Position numbers and translations under genes: made by a program
The notes under the pieces: generated by a model
What the model was told of the DNA's origin: nothing
The model's input: the letters and a program-made list of their open reading frames with translations, nothing else
Databases searched by the model: none
Source of the DNA: Marsupella aquatica
Lineage: Eukaryota > Plantae > Marchantiophyta
DNA: 64,000 nucleotides
Direction of reading: 5' to 3'
Assembly (NCBI GenBank): GCA_973895155.1
Contig: OZ316898.1
Location: forward strand, 20,223,292-20,287,291
Part shown: positions 62,450-64,000 of the stretch, piece by piece
How positions within the stretch are numbered: the first letter of the stretch is position 1
Layout of the letters: every line of letters begins with the position of its first letter

Positions 62450-63600
62450 AAGTAACTAAGACAGTCAACACGTGGAATATAGATATCTTAGGGGGAGGGG
62501 GGGGTGCAAGCCTAAGGGTAGATTCACAAGACATGGCTGCAGTTTCAACTTTATATGGTTTCCAAGATGTGATTAGGGCCATCCATTGGGAGATACAACT
62601 GCATGTCACTTTACAAAAGGTTGGGGACAATTACTTTCTAATGTATTTTTGGAATCCTTTTATGCCCCCAAGGTCATGTAAAGGGAAGTGCAGCTGTGCT
62701 AGATTAATTTGCTGAAAGACAAATTGAGTACCTACTCCACCTGAATATCAAGTATTCTTTGGCTAAAGTCTTTCTAGATGTGACAAGAGAAGATTTTATG
62801 AAGCACTTGTGGGTCACTATTAATGCAAATGACTTAAAACAGGAATGGACCAAGAGGCCAGAAGAAGAAACCTCCAACACAGGTGGTCTAAAATCTAGGA
62901 CAAAAGAGTGCTCCACATAAGCAAAAATTGGGCCCCACTACATTGCCCCCAACATTTTGTAAAGTAAACAGCAACCATTTCTTCTGAATGGGTGGCCCTT
63001 ATCAGATCTTGGAGACAATAAGCTGTCCCCAGCCTCTTGTAAAGCCACCCTCAGATTCTAGGCCACCTCTCTTGGAGCTATATTCGTTCAAATGGCCCCT
63101 AGATCCATTCATATTTTGAGTCATTTGCATTGAAGTGGGTCCACCCACAAGTCAGTCATGATTGCCTCTTATTGTGTCATAGGTAGAAGGGTTCTAGCCA
63201 AAGAATTAGGTGACTTTGAGGTGGAGTGGGTCCCAACTGGTCTCTTAGCAAATTACTACAGCACCATTTGTTAGAGAACTAGCTTTACAAGACATTGGGG
63301 GCCATAAGAGCACTCCCACGGGTCCAGTAAATATATCAACCAGTGGGACGCCTTTGGCCTGTGAGAGCAAAAAGCCCTTTCCCACCAGGCTTGGTCTGCC
63401 TTCACTAAATGGGTCACATTGGCCCTGCTCTTTTGAGGCTAGCACAACACTCCTATTTTCTAAATCAGGTTGATGATGGCCCTAGACTTGCCCACCATCA
63501 CTTGCAAATAGCAGCAATCAGTTTTTGGAGAATTCATCATACAGTTCACAAACAGCGGGATGGTCCTAGCTCCGATCAATGTCCAATGTTGTAGCTACCT
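62450..63600 (-). mobile_element. Highly degenerate L1-type LINE relic
   Basis: Minus-strand QWMALITSWKPYKV resembles the L1 RT motif NWRPITLLNxxYKI; otherwise riddled with stops. Confidence 0.3.
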
Positions 63601-64000
63601 AGGTCTTGTGTTCAGGGGGAAGACGGTAGTCTTTAAGTAAAACTAAGAGGTTCATCTTACTAGTAATGCGCAAACGGCAGTCTATGGTTCACAACCTAGG
63701 GTCTAGAGTGAAGCCTAGACTAGACTGTGACTCTGGGGGGCGTCGTTGAACTTGGGAGTGAGGGTGTGTTACAAGGATTGGGGGCAAGGTGAGTGTTTTG
63801 AAAACACAATGGGCTTGATTCCAAAGTGCCATTTTTCCATGAGTCGCGTAGGTTTTCAGCCAAGACCACGTTCAGTCCGCAACACACACACACATTGTAC
63901 TACAAAGATCTCCTTTTGATAGATCTCAACTGCTCGAACTCAGAGCTATTTCTTCTGTAATTCATTCTTGATTCAGTCCTGTCTACTCTTGACCTCTTGC

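Noticed and set aside
1-64000. tRNA, rRNA and conserved miRNA genes
   Set aside because: None recognised by eye; tRNAscan-SE and Infernal scans would be needed to exclude them.

Overview
Eukaryotic land-plant nuclear DNA: GT-AG spliceosomal introns, TTTAGGG telomere-type repeats, and long 5' leaders. The gene content and style suggest a non-seed plant such as a mycorrhizal liverwort, but that is inference. I reconstructed four intact genes by hand from splice sites and reading frame: (1) a 9-exon CYP85-clan, CYP707-related cytochrome P450 (minus, 9022-15325, 476 aa) with an atypical I-helix; (2) a 14-exon VPS15/PIK3R4 (plus, 24772-32926, about 1612 aa); (3) a 4-exon half-size ABCG transporter that matches the arbuscular-mycorrhiza gene STR (minus, 35675-40599, 785 aa); (4) an ATL-type RING-H2 E3 ligase with an intronless CDS (plus, 53584-55485). 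A probable pseudogene for a small secreted Cys-containing protein lies just downstream of STR. The intergenic DNA is a nest of degenerate transposons: a CRE-like RT+RLE non-LTR retroelement split by two MITEs, two related MITE families with CT(C/G)GGGGG termini and 8-bp TSDs, long-TIR foldback elements, CACTA-type MITEs, and LTR/L1 relics. Notable details are a 14-bp direct repeat spanning both junctions of STR intron 2, a perfect 33-bp inverted repeat inside one MITE, telomere repeats fused to a MITE end, and an orphan copy of the P450 upstream region. Family assignments come from recalled motifs; no database search was run.
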